Assembly (NCBI GenBank): GCA_019652555.1
Contig: BPAJ01000001.1
Span: forward strand, 272,762 to 336,761
Direction: 5' to 3'
Source: Gammaproteobacteria bacterium
Lineage (GTDB): Bacteria > Pseudomonadota > Gammaproteobacteria > Magnimaribacterales > AG-339-G14
DNA length: 64,000 nucleotides
The notes under the pieces were generated by a model. The model was given only the letters and a program-made list of their open reading frames with translations, had not been told where the DNA came from and ran no database searches. Below, in pieces: positions 1-9,638 of this stretch (its first letter is position 1; each line of letters starts with the position of its first letter). A program made the position numbers and the translations under genes.

Positions 1-380
1 CAATCTGTTTCTCCAGTGGAAATTTTAACTAGAGCATCCTCCAACAATACTTGAGGGCTGTTACCACCCATCGGCGCATAAACTTCATTTTTTGCTGAGA
101 TATTTAGTTTATTGGCAAGAGTTCTTGGAAAATTTGAATATTGAAAGTTTGATTGGTTGGTTGCGGTAAGAAAATCTACGGTAAATCTAACTACGCCCAC
201 ATAATCAATGTGCTTATTCAATTCTTTGATACCAGAGTCTTGAATCGCATGCTCACAGGCTTTTGCAAGTAGCTCTTGAGGGTTTAACCCATCTTCTTTG
301 GATCTATCAACTAAGTCACCGACACCAACGATGACAGGAGCTCTTTTATCAATTTTTTTATTTTGCTTACGTTCTGACAA
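1..380 (-). CDS. thiolase-like (acetyl-CoA acetyltransferase / SCP2-thiolase family) protein, N-terminal part, open at window edge
   Basis: Absent from the ORF track because it runs off position 1. My reverse-strand translation from TTG 380..378 gives LSERKQNKKIDKRAPVIVGVGDLVDRSKEDGLNPQELLAKACEHAIQDSGI...YAPMGGNSPQVLLEDALVKISTGETD, a typical thiolase N-terminal layout. Start codon is uncertain (no ATG, weak SD). Confidence 0.5.
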   Translation of the reverse strand, partial: MSERKQNKKIDKRAPVIVGVGDLVDRSKEDGLNPQELLAKACEHAIQDSGIKELNKHIDYVGVVRFTVDFLTATNQSNFQYSNFPRTLANKLNISAKNEVYAPMGGNSPQVLLEDALVKISTGETD

Positions 381-438
381 GATGTAATATTACCGACTTG
401 AATTAATCAAACGCATATTAAATAACAAGGAGAACTAA

Positions 439-1347
439 ATGACTATTAATTTTGATGGAAAAGTTGCCATTGTAACTGGAGCTGGTGGCGGATTAGGAAG
501 ATGTCATGCTTTAGATTTAGCAAAGAGAGGGGCTAAGGTTGTTGTAAACGATCTTGGTGGAAACGTAGATGGTTCTGATGATGGTTCTTTATCGGCAGCA
601 GAAAAAGTTGTAGAAGAAATTAAAGCAGCTGGTGGAGAAGCAATGGCGAATGGAGCAAGTGTCACTGATGTTGCTCAAGTCGAGGAAATGGTTAAACAAA
701 CTATGGATGCTTACGGCAGAATAGATATCTTAATTAATAATGCCGGAATCCTAAGAGATAAATCTTTTTCAAAAGTTACTGATGAAGATTTTCGTATGGT
801 CTTAGAAGTTCATTTAATGGGAACAGTGAACTGTACAAAGGCAGTTTGGGAAATTATGAAAGAACAAAATTACGGCAGAATTGTTGTGACTTCATCGTCT
901 AGCGGTTTGTACGGAAATTTTGGACAAACAAATTACGGTGCAGCAAAAATGGGAGTGGTTGGCTTAATCAATACCCTTAAACTAGAAGGCGCTAAGTACA
1001 ATATTAAATGTAATGCTCTTGCTCCTGTAGCAGGAACTCGAATGACTGAAGATTTAATGCCTGGAGAAGTTTTAGATCAGATTCAACCTGATCACGTAAC
1101 TCCAGCAGTAACCTATATGGTCTCTGAAGATGCACCGACAGGAGTCATCATGTCAGCGGGTGCTGGAGTTTTTGCAAGAGTTTTTGTTCATGAAACTATG
1201 GGTGTCAACTTAGGTACTGGTGAAGACATGACTGCAGAAAACATTGCAGAGAAATGGGATGAAATCTCTGATATGAAAGACGCAAGACCTTGTTACCAGG
1301 GCGGTGAACAATCACAAAAAATCTTTGAATTGATAATGAAAGGCTAA
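439..1347 (+). CDS. short-chain dehydrogenase/reductase, MFE-2 / 3-hydroxyacyl-CoA dehydrogenase type
   Basis: TGAGGGLG Rossmann motif, NNAGI, catalytic YGAAK. N-terminus resembles the dehydrogenase domain of peroxisomal-type multifunctional enzyme 2. AAGGAG SD upstream. Confidence 0.8.
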   Translation: MTINFDGKVAIVTGAGGGLGRCHALDLAKRGAKVVVNDLGGNVDGSDDGSLSAAEKVVEEIKAAGGEAMANGASVTDVAQVEEMVKQTMDAYGRIDILINNAGILRDKSFSKVTDEDFRMVLEVHLMGTVNCTKAVWEIMKEQNYGRIVVTSSSSGLYGNFGQTNYGAAKMGVVGLINTLKLEGAKYNIKCNALAPVAGTRMTEDLMPGEVLDQIQPDHVTPAVTYMVSEDAPTGVIMSAGAGVFARVFVHETMGVNLGTGEDMTAENIAEKWDEISDMKDARPCYQGGEQSQKIFELIMKG

Positions 1348-2258
1348 GGCTCACCAGCCCTTTCATAATCAACTTCAACTTTATAAATCTCTCCAGTTTT
1401 GTTTTCTTTGCAAAACTGGGGATTTGAAGATTCAGCAGTCAAAATATAAAGTTCTTTTTCGTCTTTGCCGCCTAACATACATGCATAAGCAGGCTGAGGA
1501 GTTGCAATACGATCGGTAATTTTTCCTCCTTTCTTATATCTAATCACCTCCGCAGTTGTCGGAGAAGCAACCCAAATTCCATTATCTGAATCCAAACATA
1601 TGCCATCCGGTACAGGAAAAGGTGTGCTGTTTGATTCTTTTAGAGGAATATTTAGAAACCTAATGATGCTTGTGATAATTTTAAAGTGAAGGGGCATGAC
1701 TCTTGCCCAAATGGTTTTATGAGACAATTCACCAGATTCATTAATTTGAAAGGAAGTTAAATTTCCTCCAAACGTCTCTCCAACGATTAATTCTTTACCA
1801 TCTGGTGAAATAACAGTTCCATTTGGAAAGAGTAGGCCATCAGCGCATATTTTTGTCTCTCCTTCTTGTGTTACAGAAATCAAGCAAGTTTTATGAATCT
1901 TGCCTTCAACACTGTCTGTTCCAAAGTTTCCTACATAAGCGGTTCCATCTTTAGCAATAACCATATCGTTACATTGATAAGGAGTAAGATGTGACATGTC
2001 GGCATGAATCGAAAGCTCTCCGTCTTTAAGTTTCATGAGTTTTCGATCAAGCATAGAAACGATAATCAAACTCCCATCCGGCAACCATCCAAGCCCAGAG
2101 GGTTGTTCCGGTATTTCTGCGAGAGTAGATATATTTCCATCAGCATCAAGATTGTGGACTTTATAGCCATGCATATCTGAAAACCATAACTTATTTTCAT
2201 GCCATCTTGGGCCTTCTAAAAAATGAAAACCCTCTGCAACTTTTATTAAATTATCCAT
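1344..2258 (-). CDS. SMP-30/gluconolactonase/LRE-like beta-propeller protein
   Basis: 304-aa ORF with the FLEGPRWHENKLWFSD start typical of the SMP-30/gluconolactonase family. Its 3' end overlaps the convergent SDR by 4 nt. Confidence 0.7.
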   Translation of the reverse strand: MDNLIKVAEGFHFLEGPRWHENKLWFSDMHGYKVHNLDADGNISTLAEIPEQPSGLGWLPDGSLIIVSMLDRKLMKLKDGELSIHADMSHLTPYQCNDMVIAKDGTAYVGNFGTDSVEGKIHKTCLISVTQEGETKICADGLLFPNGTVISPDGKELIVGETFGGNLTSFQINESGELSHKTIWARVMPLHFKIITSIIRFLNIPLKESNSTPFPVPDGICLDSDNGIWVASPTTAEVIRYKKGGKITDRIATPQPAYACMLGGKDEKELYILTAESSNPQFCKENKTGEIYKVEVDYERAGEP

Positions 2259-3009
2259 TTCTTTTTTCTTTTATTACTTTCATCAATTTTTTAGGATTAT
2301 CAGTGATAATTGCATCCACACCAAGCTCTATTAGATCTCGCATGTATTTCTTATTATTCACAGTCCAGGTGATGCAGTACTTACCTTCCTCCTTGAATTT
2401 TTTGATCAAATTCATACTTTTTTTTGAATCAATATGCTGACTGATACCAAACGATTTACTTTTTTCTAAAAAAGAGCTTATCTTTTTATAATCGTAATCA
2501 AAAAAAGCAGGGATGATGCTCAGCGTCGCAGGGATATCAAATCTCTTGATTAAACTTCTCACAACGTTTGGGTAAAAACCCAAAAAATGAGTATTCAATT
2601 TTGAAATAACACCGGTTTCAACCATCTCTTTCAATTCATTAAAACTAATTTTACTTGGCTTTATTTCAACAAAAATTTTTGATTTTTCCGGCTTACAATC
2701 AAACGCTTCTTTAAGTAAAGGTATATATGTATTTGCAAACTTTATTGAACGAGAGCTGCCTACGTCTACAGTTTTTAAAGCAGCAAGAGTTTCTTGCGAG
2801 ATTGTATATTCGCTTTCACTGACTCTCGCAAGACTATCATCATGAATACAGATCAATCGCTTGTCTTTTGTTTCTCTGACATCAAGCTCGACAGCGTCAA
2901 CTCCTTGTTCCCAAGCTTTGATATATGCTGGAAGTGTATTTTCGGGAGCTTCCATCGAAGCTCCACGATGCGCAACTATTAAAGGATAGTTCTTTTTTTT
3001 TAGTCCCAA
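2251..3009 (-). CDS. glycerophosphodiester phosphodiesterase (GDPD family, cytoplasmic UgpQ-like)
   Basis: [14 protein letters not shown] and ELDV motifs of GDPD enzymes. No signal peptide. Overlaps nrdB upstream and the SMP-30 gene downstream. Confidence 0.8.
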   Translation of the reverse strand: MGLKKKNYPLIVAHRGASMEAPENTLPAYIKAWEQGVDAVELDVRETKDKRLICIHDDSLARVSESEYTISQETLAALKTVDVGSSRSIKFANTYIPLLKEAFDCKPEKSKIFVEIKPSKISFNELKEMVETGVISKLNTHFLGFYPNVVRSLIKRFDIPATLSIIPAFFDYDYKKISSFLEKSKSFGISQHIDSKKSMNLIKKFKEEGKYCITWTVNNKKYMRDLIELGVDAIITDNPKKLMKVIKEKRNG

Positions 3010-4238
3010 CTCAAAGCGCCACCAGTCTGGTACTCAATGACGCGAGTTTCAAAGAAATTCTTTTCTTTACGCAAGTCCATGATCTCAGACATCCAAGGAA
3101 AAGGATTAGTTGCATTAGGAAATTCTTCTTCAAGTCCAATTTGGGTAAGTCTTCGGTTTGCAATGAATTTTAAATAATCAGACATACTCTCTGCATTCAT
3201 CCCTAAAATACCACTGGGCATGGTGTCATGAGCGTACTCAATTTCTAATTGCGTTCCTTGCAGAATCATATTCCTTGCTTCGGTTTGCATAGCCTCATCC
3301 CAGAGCTGAGGATTTTCAAGTTTAATCTGGTTGATCATATCTATTCCAAAATTAACATGCATAGATTCATCTCTTAGTATGTATTGGAATTGTTCCGCCG
3401 TTCCTGTCATTTTATTTCTGTTACCCATGGATAATATTTGGGTAAAACCACAGTAAAAGAAAATTCCTTCCAATACACAGTAAAAGGCGATTAGATTTCT
3501 CAATAAAGTTTTATCATCCTCTAGAGACCCAGTTTTAAAATTTTGGTCAGCGAGAGATTCTGTAAAAGGGAGAGCCCAAGCAGCTTTTCTTGCTACCGAA
3601 GGGATTTCTTTGTACATATTAAAGATTTCTCCTTCATCCATACCTAAAGATTCAATAACATACTGATAGGCATGAGTATGAATTGCTTCTTCCAAAGCTT
3701 GTCTCAACAAGTACTGTCTACATTCTGGATTTGTGATGTGTCGGTATACGGATAGCACGATATTATTTGCCACCAATGAGTCAGCTGTGGAGAAAAATCC
3801 AAGATTTCTCATTACGATTCTCCTTTCGTCCTCGGTAAGGCCATTTGGGTCTTTCCAGAGAGCTACATCAGCAGTCATATTTATTTCTTGTGGCATCCAA
3901 TGATTGGCACTGCCATCAAGATATTTCTGCCAGGCCCAATCGTACTTGAAGGGAACCAATTGATTTACATCTGCACGACAGTTGATCATTTGCTTTTGAT
4001 CAACGTCGACTCTACTTGATGCACCTTCCAACTCCTCTAAGCCTTTTTCTATATCCAGATTATCCAGAGCTTCGGATACATCATTAATTGAGCCTGTACT
4101 TATTGGCGGATTTTTTGCTGGAGTTACAGCATCATCATTCACAACTGCAGTTTGTTGCATTGCGACTTGCGCTTTTGCTGGTTCAGCTACCGGCGTTTTT
4201 TGTGTTTCTTCTGAGTTAAAGTCATCCCAAGATAACAT
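3000..4238 (-). CDS. nrdB: ribonucleotide-diphosphate reductase beta subunit (class Ia), with long N-terminal extension
   Basis: Ferritin-like diiron R2 core ([17 protein letters not shown]). MLSWDDF... N-terminal extension resembles Pseudomonas-type NrdB. Lies directly downstream of nrdA. Confidence 0.95.
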   Translation of the reverse strand: MLSWDDFNSEETQKTPVAEPAKAQVAMQQTAVVNDDAVTPAKNPPISTGSINDVSEALDNLDIEKGLEELEGASSRVDVDQKQMINCRADVNQLVPFKYDWAWQKYLDGSANHWMPQEINMTADVALWKDPNGLTEDERRIVMRNLGFFSTADSLVANNIVLSVYRHITNPECRQYLLRQALEEAIHTHAYQYVIESLGMDEGEIFNMYKEIPSVARKAAWALPFTESLADQNFKTGSLEDDKTLLRNLIAFYCVLEGIFFYCGFTQILSMGNRNKMTGTAEQFQYILRDESMHVNFGIDMINQIKLENPQLWDEAMQTEARNMILQGTQLEIEYAHDTMPSGILGMNAESMSDYLKFIANRRLTQIGLEEEFPNATNPFPWMSEIMDLRKEKNFFETRVIEYQTGGALSWD

Positions 4239-4256
4239 AGCTACCTCCTTATAAAA

Positions 4257-7073
4257 TTACTGACATGCCTCGCAGTCAGGATCGTCAATGGAACACGCTT
4301 CTGGCTGATCATAGGTTTTAGGTTCAGTCTTGACAGCATTGAGCTCCATATTGGTTATTGTTGATTTTTCGGTTGTTGTGGCACTTCTTGATCTTAGATA
4401 GTAAGTCGTTTTCAAACCTCTCAACCATGCCATTCGATACATAACATCGAGTTTCTTTCCGTTTGGCTCTGAAACATAGAGATTCAACGACTGACTCTGA
4501 TCTATCCATTTTTGTCTTCTGCTTGCTGCTTCAATTAACCACTTGGGCTCTACTTCAAAAGATGTAGCGAACAGCTTCTTAATGTCTTCTGGTACTCTGG
4601 CTATACTTTCTAAGCTTCCGTTGAGGTTCTTAAGATCGTAAACCATAACCTCATCCCACATATCTATTTCTTTGAGTGCAGCAACTAGATGCATATTAAT
4701 TACAGTAAACTCTCCAGAGAGATTTGATTTCACAAACAGGTTTGAATAAGTAGGTTCGATTGATTGAGTTAAGCCTGTGATATTAGCAATTGTTGCTGTA
4801 GGTGCTATTGCCATTGTGTTTGAGTTTCTCATCCCTTGAGTTTTTACTTTTTCTCTAAGAGCGTCCCAGTCAAGACGAGTTGTCTTATCAACTTCGATGT
4901 AGTCTTTTCCTCTTTGTTTTTCAAGAATTTCAATTGAGTCAAGTGGTAATATTCCTTGACTCCAAAGAGAACCCTCATAAGAAGAGTAAGAACCCCTTTC
5001 TTTAGCTAAATCAGAAGATGCGTTTATTGCCATATAGCTCACTAATTCCATTGACTCATCGGCAAAATCAACTGCTGCTTCTGACGCGTAAGGTATTTTC
5101 TTAATGTAAAGCGCATCTTGGAAACCCATGATTCCCATGCCTATAGGTCTGTGCTTAAAGTTAGAGTTTTCTGCCTGAGGCACCGCGTAGTAATTTATGT
5201 CTATCACGTTATCGAGCATTCTTATTGCAGTGGTTACGTTCTTTTCCAGTTTCTCTTTGTCTAGGTTTCCTTCTGCATCAAGATGATTAGGAATGTTTAT
5301 TGAACCTAAGTTACAAACTGCAATTTCATCATTTGAAGTATTAAGGGTAATTTCTGTACACAGGTTTGATGAATGAATTACCCCAGTATGTTGTTGCGGA
5401 GATCTGAGGTTACAAGCGTCTTTAAAGGTTATCCAAGGATGACCGGTTTCAAAAAGCATGGACAATATTTTTCGCCATAATTCTTCCGCTTCCACTTCTT
5501 TATATGCTTTAAGCTTTCCTTCCTGAGCAAGCTTTTCATATTCCTCATACTTTTCTCTGAAGGCTTCCCCAGAAAGATCATGCAATTCAGGTGTCTCATT
5601 TGGAGTGAAGAGGGTCCACTTTTTCCCTTCAAACACTCTTTCCATGAATAGGTCTGGAACCCAATTGGCTGTATTCATGTCGTGTGTTCTTCTTCTATCG
5701 TCTCCAGTATTTTTTCTCAGCTCAACAAATTCTTCGATATCCAGATGCCAAGTTTCTAGATATGCACAAACAGCTCCCTTTCTTTTTCCACCTTGATTTA
5801 CAGCAACTGCTGTATCGTTTACTACTTTTAAAAATGGAACCACCCCTTGAGATTTCCCATTTGTGCCTTTTATATGGGCTCCCATTCCTCTTACAGGCGT
5901 CCAGTCGTTACCTAGACCGCCTGCCCATTTTGAAAGCATGGCGTTATCTTGAAGTGCACCATAAATTCCATGCAAGTCATCGGGGACAGTAGTCAAATAA
6001 CATGAGGACAATTGAGAATGCATAGTTCCTGCATTGAATAGGGTAGGCGTTGAACTCATATAATCGAACGAAGAGAGCAACTCATAGAATTCTAGGGCTC
6101 GTTGTTCTCTGTTTTCCTCGTTAAGGGCCAAGCCCATGGCTACTCTCATAAAGAATACTTGCGGAAGTTCAAATCTTATTTCATTTGAGTGAATGAAATA
6201 CCTATCGTAAAGAGTTTGAATGCCTAAGTAAGAAAAAAGTAAGTCATTGTCTGGAATCATCGCTTTACCGAGTAAATCCAGGTCATAGTTTGCTAGCTCT
6301 GGGTTAAGAAGCTCTAGCTCAATTCCTTTTTTTACAAATGCATTTAAAGCCTTAGGGTAGAGAGCTGACATTTCCTCATGAGTTGCATTCTCTGTTATCT
6401 CTAGGAAAGAAAGAGCCTCTGACCTTAGACTGTCTAATAGAATTCGTGCTGTTGCAAAAGTATAGTTTGGTTCCACCTCAACAAGTGAACGCGCGGAGAG
6501 CACCAATGCCTCTTTTACTTCATGTTCTGGCGCTCCTTCATAGAGGTTTTTGTTTGCTTCTGAAATTATTTTTTCACTGTCTGTTCCCTCTAAGCCGTTG
6601 CAAGCTTCTTTTGCTATAACCTCAATTCTTTCAGAAGTTTCAAGCTCCTCCTTTTCTGGACGATCGTGAATATGAGTTTCTATTGCTCTTTGATTTGCTC
6701 TTTCAGCACGGTATAAAACATATTCTCTTGCTACCTTGTGTTCTTCAGAGCGCATCAAAGCCAGTTCTACCTGATCTTGAATTTCTTCTATATGTATGGT
6801 TCCGCCAGATGGCATTCTCTTTCTAAAGATATCTTCAACTTGGCTACTTAAAGCCGATACTCTGCTATGAACGCTTGAAGATGCTGCTGCAGCACTGGTA
6901 TGTACTGCCAGAAAAGCCTTTGTAATGGCAATTTCTATTTTAGAACCATCAAAATCAACTACGGATCCATTTCTCTTTATAATTCTTAGCTGACCTGGCG
7001 AAACCATAGCTTTTTTTGGTTCCGATTGAACTGATTCTTGCTTCTTCTCTTCTATTGTTCCTGTTGTTTCCAA
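4257..7073 (-). CDS. nrdA: ribonucleotide-diphosphate reductase alpha subunit (class Ia)
   Basis: 938-aa ORF with an ATP-cone (IIKRNGSVVDFDGSKI ... YVLYRAERA), the NLCTEI active-site loop and a C-terminal CxxxxxxCxxC tail. Confidence 0.95.
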   Translation of the reverse strand: METTGTIEEKKQESVQSEPKKAMVSPGQLRIIKRNGSVVDFDGSKIEIAITKAFLAVHTSAAAASSSVHSRVSALSSQVEDIFRKRMPSGGTIHIEEIQDQVELALMRSEEHKVAREYVLYRAERANQRAIETHIHDRPEKEELETSERIEVIAKEACNGLEGTDSEKIISEANKNLYEGAPEHEVKEALVLSARSLVEVEPNYTFATARILLDSLRSEALSFLEITENATHEEMSALYPKALNAFVKKGIELELLNPELANYDLDLLGKAMIPDNDLLFSYLGIQTLYDRYFIHSNEIRFELPQVFFMRVAMGLALNEENREQRALEFYELLSSFDYMSSTPTLFNAGTMHSQLSSCYLTTVPDDLHGIYGALQDNAMLSKWAGGLGNDWTPVRGMGAHIKGTNGKSQGVVPFLKVVNDTAVAVNQGGKRKGAVCAYLETWHLDIEEFVELRKNTGDDRRRTHDMNTANWVPDLFMERVFEGKKWTLFTPNETPELHDLSGEAFREKYEEYEKLAQEGKLKAYKEVEAEELWRKILSMLFETGHPWITFKDACNLRSPQQHTGVIHSSNLCTEITLNTSNDEIAVCNLGSINIPNHLDAEGNLDKEKLEKNVTTAIRMLDNVIDINYYAVPQAENSNFKHRPIGMGIMGFQDALYIKKIPYASEAAVDFADESMELVSYMAINASSDLAKERGSYSSYEGSLWSQGILPLDSIEILEKQRGKDYIEVDKTTRLDWDALREKVKTQGMRNSNTMAIAPTATIANITGLTQSIEPTYSNLFVKSNLSGEFTVINMHLVAALKEIDMWDEVMVYDLKNLNGSLESIARVPEDIKKLFATSFEVEPKWLIEAASRRQKWIDQSQSLNLYVSEPNGKKLDVMYRMAWLRGLKTTYYLRSRSATTTEKSTITNMELNAVKTEPKTYDQPEACSIDDPDCEACQ

Positions 7074-7115
7074 AACAATTCCTTCTTAAAAAATTAACTA
7101 AAATGGGTATAAAAA

Positions 7116-7131
7116 ACACAATATGTTGTGT
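7116..7131. promoter_or_regulatory. candidate NrdR box upstream of nrdA
   Basis: ACACAATATGTTGTGT is a 16-bp near-palindrome inside the 9-bp inverted repeat AAAACACAA/TTGTGTTTT. It matches the NrdR-box consensus acaCwAtATaTwGtgt as I recall it. It lies 43 nt upstream of the nrdA start. I could not find a convincing second tandem box. Confidence 0.55.
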
Positions 7132-7211
7132 TTTCTTAACAATGGAGTACAAGATAAAGGGTTTTTAACAAAAAAGCAATACAACAATTTATGAAAATTT
7201 AGTGGATAGGC

Positions 7212-7220
7212 TGTGTATAA
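7212..7220. promoter_or_regulatory. DnaA-box-like 9-mer in the nrdA/glpK divergent spacer
   Basis: TGTGTATAA is the reverse complement of TTATACACA and fits TTATNCACA. A weaker AGTGGATAG lies 2 nt upstream. DnaA boxes are known at the E. coli nrdAB promoter. Confidence 0.3.
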
Positions 7221-7238
7221 GTGTATATAAATGTGTTC

Positions 7239-8681
7239 ATGTCTAAGTATTACATCTCAATAGATCAAGGCACCACGAGTTCTAGGGCAGTTCTATACGA
7301 CAGCTCCTTTAACCAAATAACTCAAGAACAACAAGAATTCAAACAACACTATCCCGCAGAAGGATTAGTTGAGCATGACCCTGAAGAAATTTGGACTTCA
7401 GTGCTTAATACAGTGAATTCCTTGATGAGCAAGAAAGGCATCAAGAGCTCAGATGTGATCTCCATTGGCATAACCAATCAAAGAGAAACGGTAATGCTTT
7501 GGGACAAAGATGGCAAAGTTTTGGATAAAGCCATTGTATGGCAAGATCGCAGAACAACAGAATTTTGTGAAGAACTCAAAGCCAAAGGTGTTGAGTCAGA
7601 AGTAACAAAAAAAACCGGTCTTTTACTCGATCCTTACTTTTCCGCAACCAAAGCTCGTTGGTTATTAAAAAAACACAAAATTGATCCAAACAAATATTTT
7701 TTTGGCACTATAGATACTTTTCTTGTTTGGAAGTTAACAGAAGGAAAAAGCTTCAAAACAGATGTAACCAATGCATCAAGGACATTATTATTGAATATTG
7801 ATTCTGTCGAGTGGGATATGAACTTGATAGACATATTTGAGTTAGGCGGCTTAAATTTACCTGAAGTAACAAAGAACACCGCAGATTTTGGCTCAACCAA
7901 GCTTTTTGGCGGAGAAATAAAAATTTCTGGCATTGCAGGAGACCAACAAGCATCTCTAATAGGACAAGGTTGTTTTGCTAAAGGACAGTTAAAAAGTACC
8001 TACGGCACAGGATGTTTTTTAATGGCAAACACAGGCAAAAAAAGACAGAACTCCTCAAATAAGCTTCTATCAACGATAGCCTACCAAGTGGACGATTTAT
8101 GCTATGCCTTAGAAGGAAGTATTTTTATGGCTGGAGCTAATTTTCAATGGCTTCGAGACAAAATGAATTTTTTCGAAGACGTCAGCGAATCTGAAGAACT
8201 GGCTAAAAGAGCAGATCCCAATACCAACGTTTTTCTCATTCCTGCTTTTGTGGGTTTAGGAGCACCGCATTGGGTTCCTGATGCCAGAGGAGCCATTTTT
8301 GGACTAACAAGAGACTCCGGAAGAGAAGAATTGAGTTTAGCTACCCATGAAGCAGTCGCTTTTCAAACCAAAGAGATCATATCTTCTTTAAAAAATGACG
8401 GCGTAAAAGTGGATAGTGTAAGAATTGATGGTGGTTTAACGAGAAATGCTTTTTTTAATCAGATTTTATCCAGCGTCATCGAATTGGAAGTTTTGTGCTC
8501 CAAAACGGTTGAATCTACTGCTTTAGGGGCCGCTTATCTTGCTGGTATTGGAGCTGGGGAAGTTTCTTTGCAAGACGTTTCCAAGAATTGGTCTCCCAAG
8601 GCAGAGTACAATCCGGATTCCAACTATGATTTAGGACGCTACGATACCTGGAAAGAATTTTTAAACAGATTAATCAGCTAA
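7239..8681 (+). CDS. glpK: glycerol kinase
   Basis: YISIDQGTTSSRAVLYD and the rest of the FGGY kinase fold. I prefer ATG 7239 (MSKYYISID) to the GTG 7221 of the track ORF. Confidence 0.95.
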   Translation: MSKYYISIDQGTTSSRAVLYDSSFNQITQEQQEFKQHYPAEGLVEHDPEEIWTSVLNTVNSLMSKKGIKSSDVISIGITNQRETVMLWDKDGKVLDKAIVWQDRRTTEFCEELKAKGVESEVTKKTGLLLDPYFSATKARWLLKKHKIDPNKYFFGTIDTFLVWKLTEGKSFKTDVTNASRTLLLNIDSVEWDMNLIDIFELGGLNLPEVTKNTADFGSTKLFGGEIKISGIAGDQQASLIGQGCFAKGQLKSTYGTGCFLMANTGKKRQNSSNKLLSTIAYQVDDLCYALEGSIFMAGANFQWLRDKMNFFEDVSESEELAKRADPNTNVFLIPAFVGLGAPHWVPDARGAIFGLTRDSGREELSLATHEAVAFQTKEIISSLKNDGVKVDSVRIDGGLTRNAFFNQILSSVIELEVLCSKTVESTALGAAYLAGIGAGEVSLQDVSKNWSPKAEYNPDSNYDLGRYDTWKEFLNRLIS

Positions 8682-9566
8682 CAAAAATTCAAGAAGGCTT
8701 TGCTGAGCATGCAATCTATTTTCTGCCTGGTCCCAGACCGCACTTTGAGGATGTTCTAGCATTGTGAAGCTTATTTCTTCGCCCCTGTGAGCAGGCAAGC
8801 AATGCAAAAAGATTGCATTGTCATCAGCAAGATCCATGTCTTCTTCTTCAACAAAGAAATTTTTAAAGGTTTTTCTTCTCTCTTTTGCAGAGGTTTCATT
8901 ATTCATGGAAGTCCACACATCAGTCGTGACGATTTGGGCTTTTTCAAGGGCTTCTTTTTTCGAGGATGCTAATGTTATGAAATCTTTAGCCTTATTTAGC
9001 AATGGCTGATAAGGCTCACAACCTTTAGGACAAAAAATACTAATTTCAAAATCAAAAATAGAGGCAGCTTCAATATAAGAATTGCAAACATTATTTCCAT
9101 CTCCAATCCAGCATACTTTGCTAAGAATTTCTCCCTCATTTTTCTCTTTGAAAGTCATCAAGTCAGCAAGAATTTGACAGGGATGAAATAAATCAGTTAA
9201 ACCGTTAATCACAGGAACAGAGGAGTTTTCTGAAAAAAGCTTCAATTCTTCATGACTGTCGTTTCTAATTACCACGGCATCAACCATGGAAGACAATACT
9301 TTAGAAGTATCTGCAATTGGCTCACCTCTGGACATTTGTAACTCAGATGAACTTAGGAAAATTGTGTTACCCCCCAATTTATTCATAGCTACTTCGAAGG
9401 AAACTCTCGTTCTAGTTGAGGGTTTTTGAAAAATTAAACCTAGAGTTTTTTTATCAAAAAGATTTGATGTTTCTGATTTTGATTTTATTTCTATTGCTCT
9501 ATCAATGATATTGCTGAGGTCTTGTCTCGAAAAATTTTCAAAATTTAAGAAATGCTTTGGTCTCAT
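8670..9566 (-). CDS. argF: ornithine carbamoyltransferase
   Basis: STRTRVSFE, HPCQILADL, DVWTSM and HCLPAHRGEE motifs. The 3' end overlaps glpK by 12 nt (convergent). Confidence 0.9.
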   Translation of the reverse strand: MRPKHFLNFENFSRQDLSNIIDRAIEIKSKSETSNLFDKKTLGLIFQKPSTRTRVSFEVAMNKLGGNTIFLSSSELQMSRGEPIADTSKVLSSMVDAVVIRNDSHEELKLFSENSSVPVINGLTDLFHPCQILADLMTFKEKNEGEILSKVCWIGDGNNVCNSYIEAASIFDFEISIFCPKGCEPYQPLLNKAKDFITLASSKKEALEKAQIVTTDVWTSMNNETSAKERRKTFKNFFVEEEDMDLADDNAIFLHCLPAHRGEEISFTMLEHPQSAVWDQAENRLHAQQSLLEFLLAD

Positions 9567-9638
9567 TTAATTTAAGTTATAGAATTGCAGATTCAAAAAA
9601 CTAATACTAATAGACTTCATTAAATAAATAAAATTCAT

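Noticed and set aside
2207-3173. Small plus-strand ORFs overlapping the GDPD and nrdB genes (2207..2440, 2794..2982, 2925..3173). Many similar 60-110-aa ORFs are nested antisense in nrdA, glpK, serA, degP, plsB, amtB, glcB and others.
   Set aside because: They lie entirely within well-supported genes on the other strand or frame, lack SD sequences and have junk-like composition.
9579-9597. Possible ARG box (AGAAT-tgcag-ATTCA) upstream of argF
   Set aside because: The half-sites are spaced by 5 nt, whereas the ArgR consensus TGAAT-N4-ATTCA needs 4. Only one imperfect box is present.
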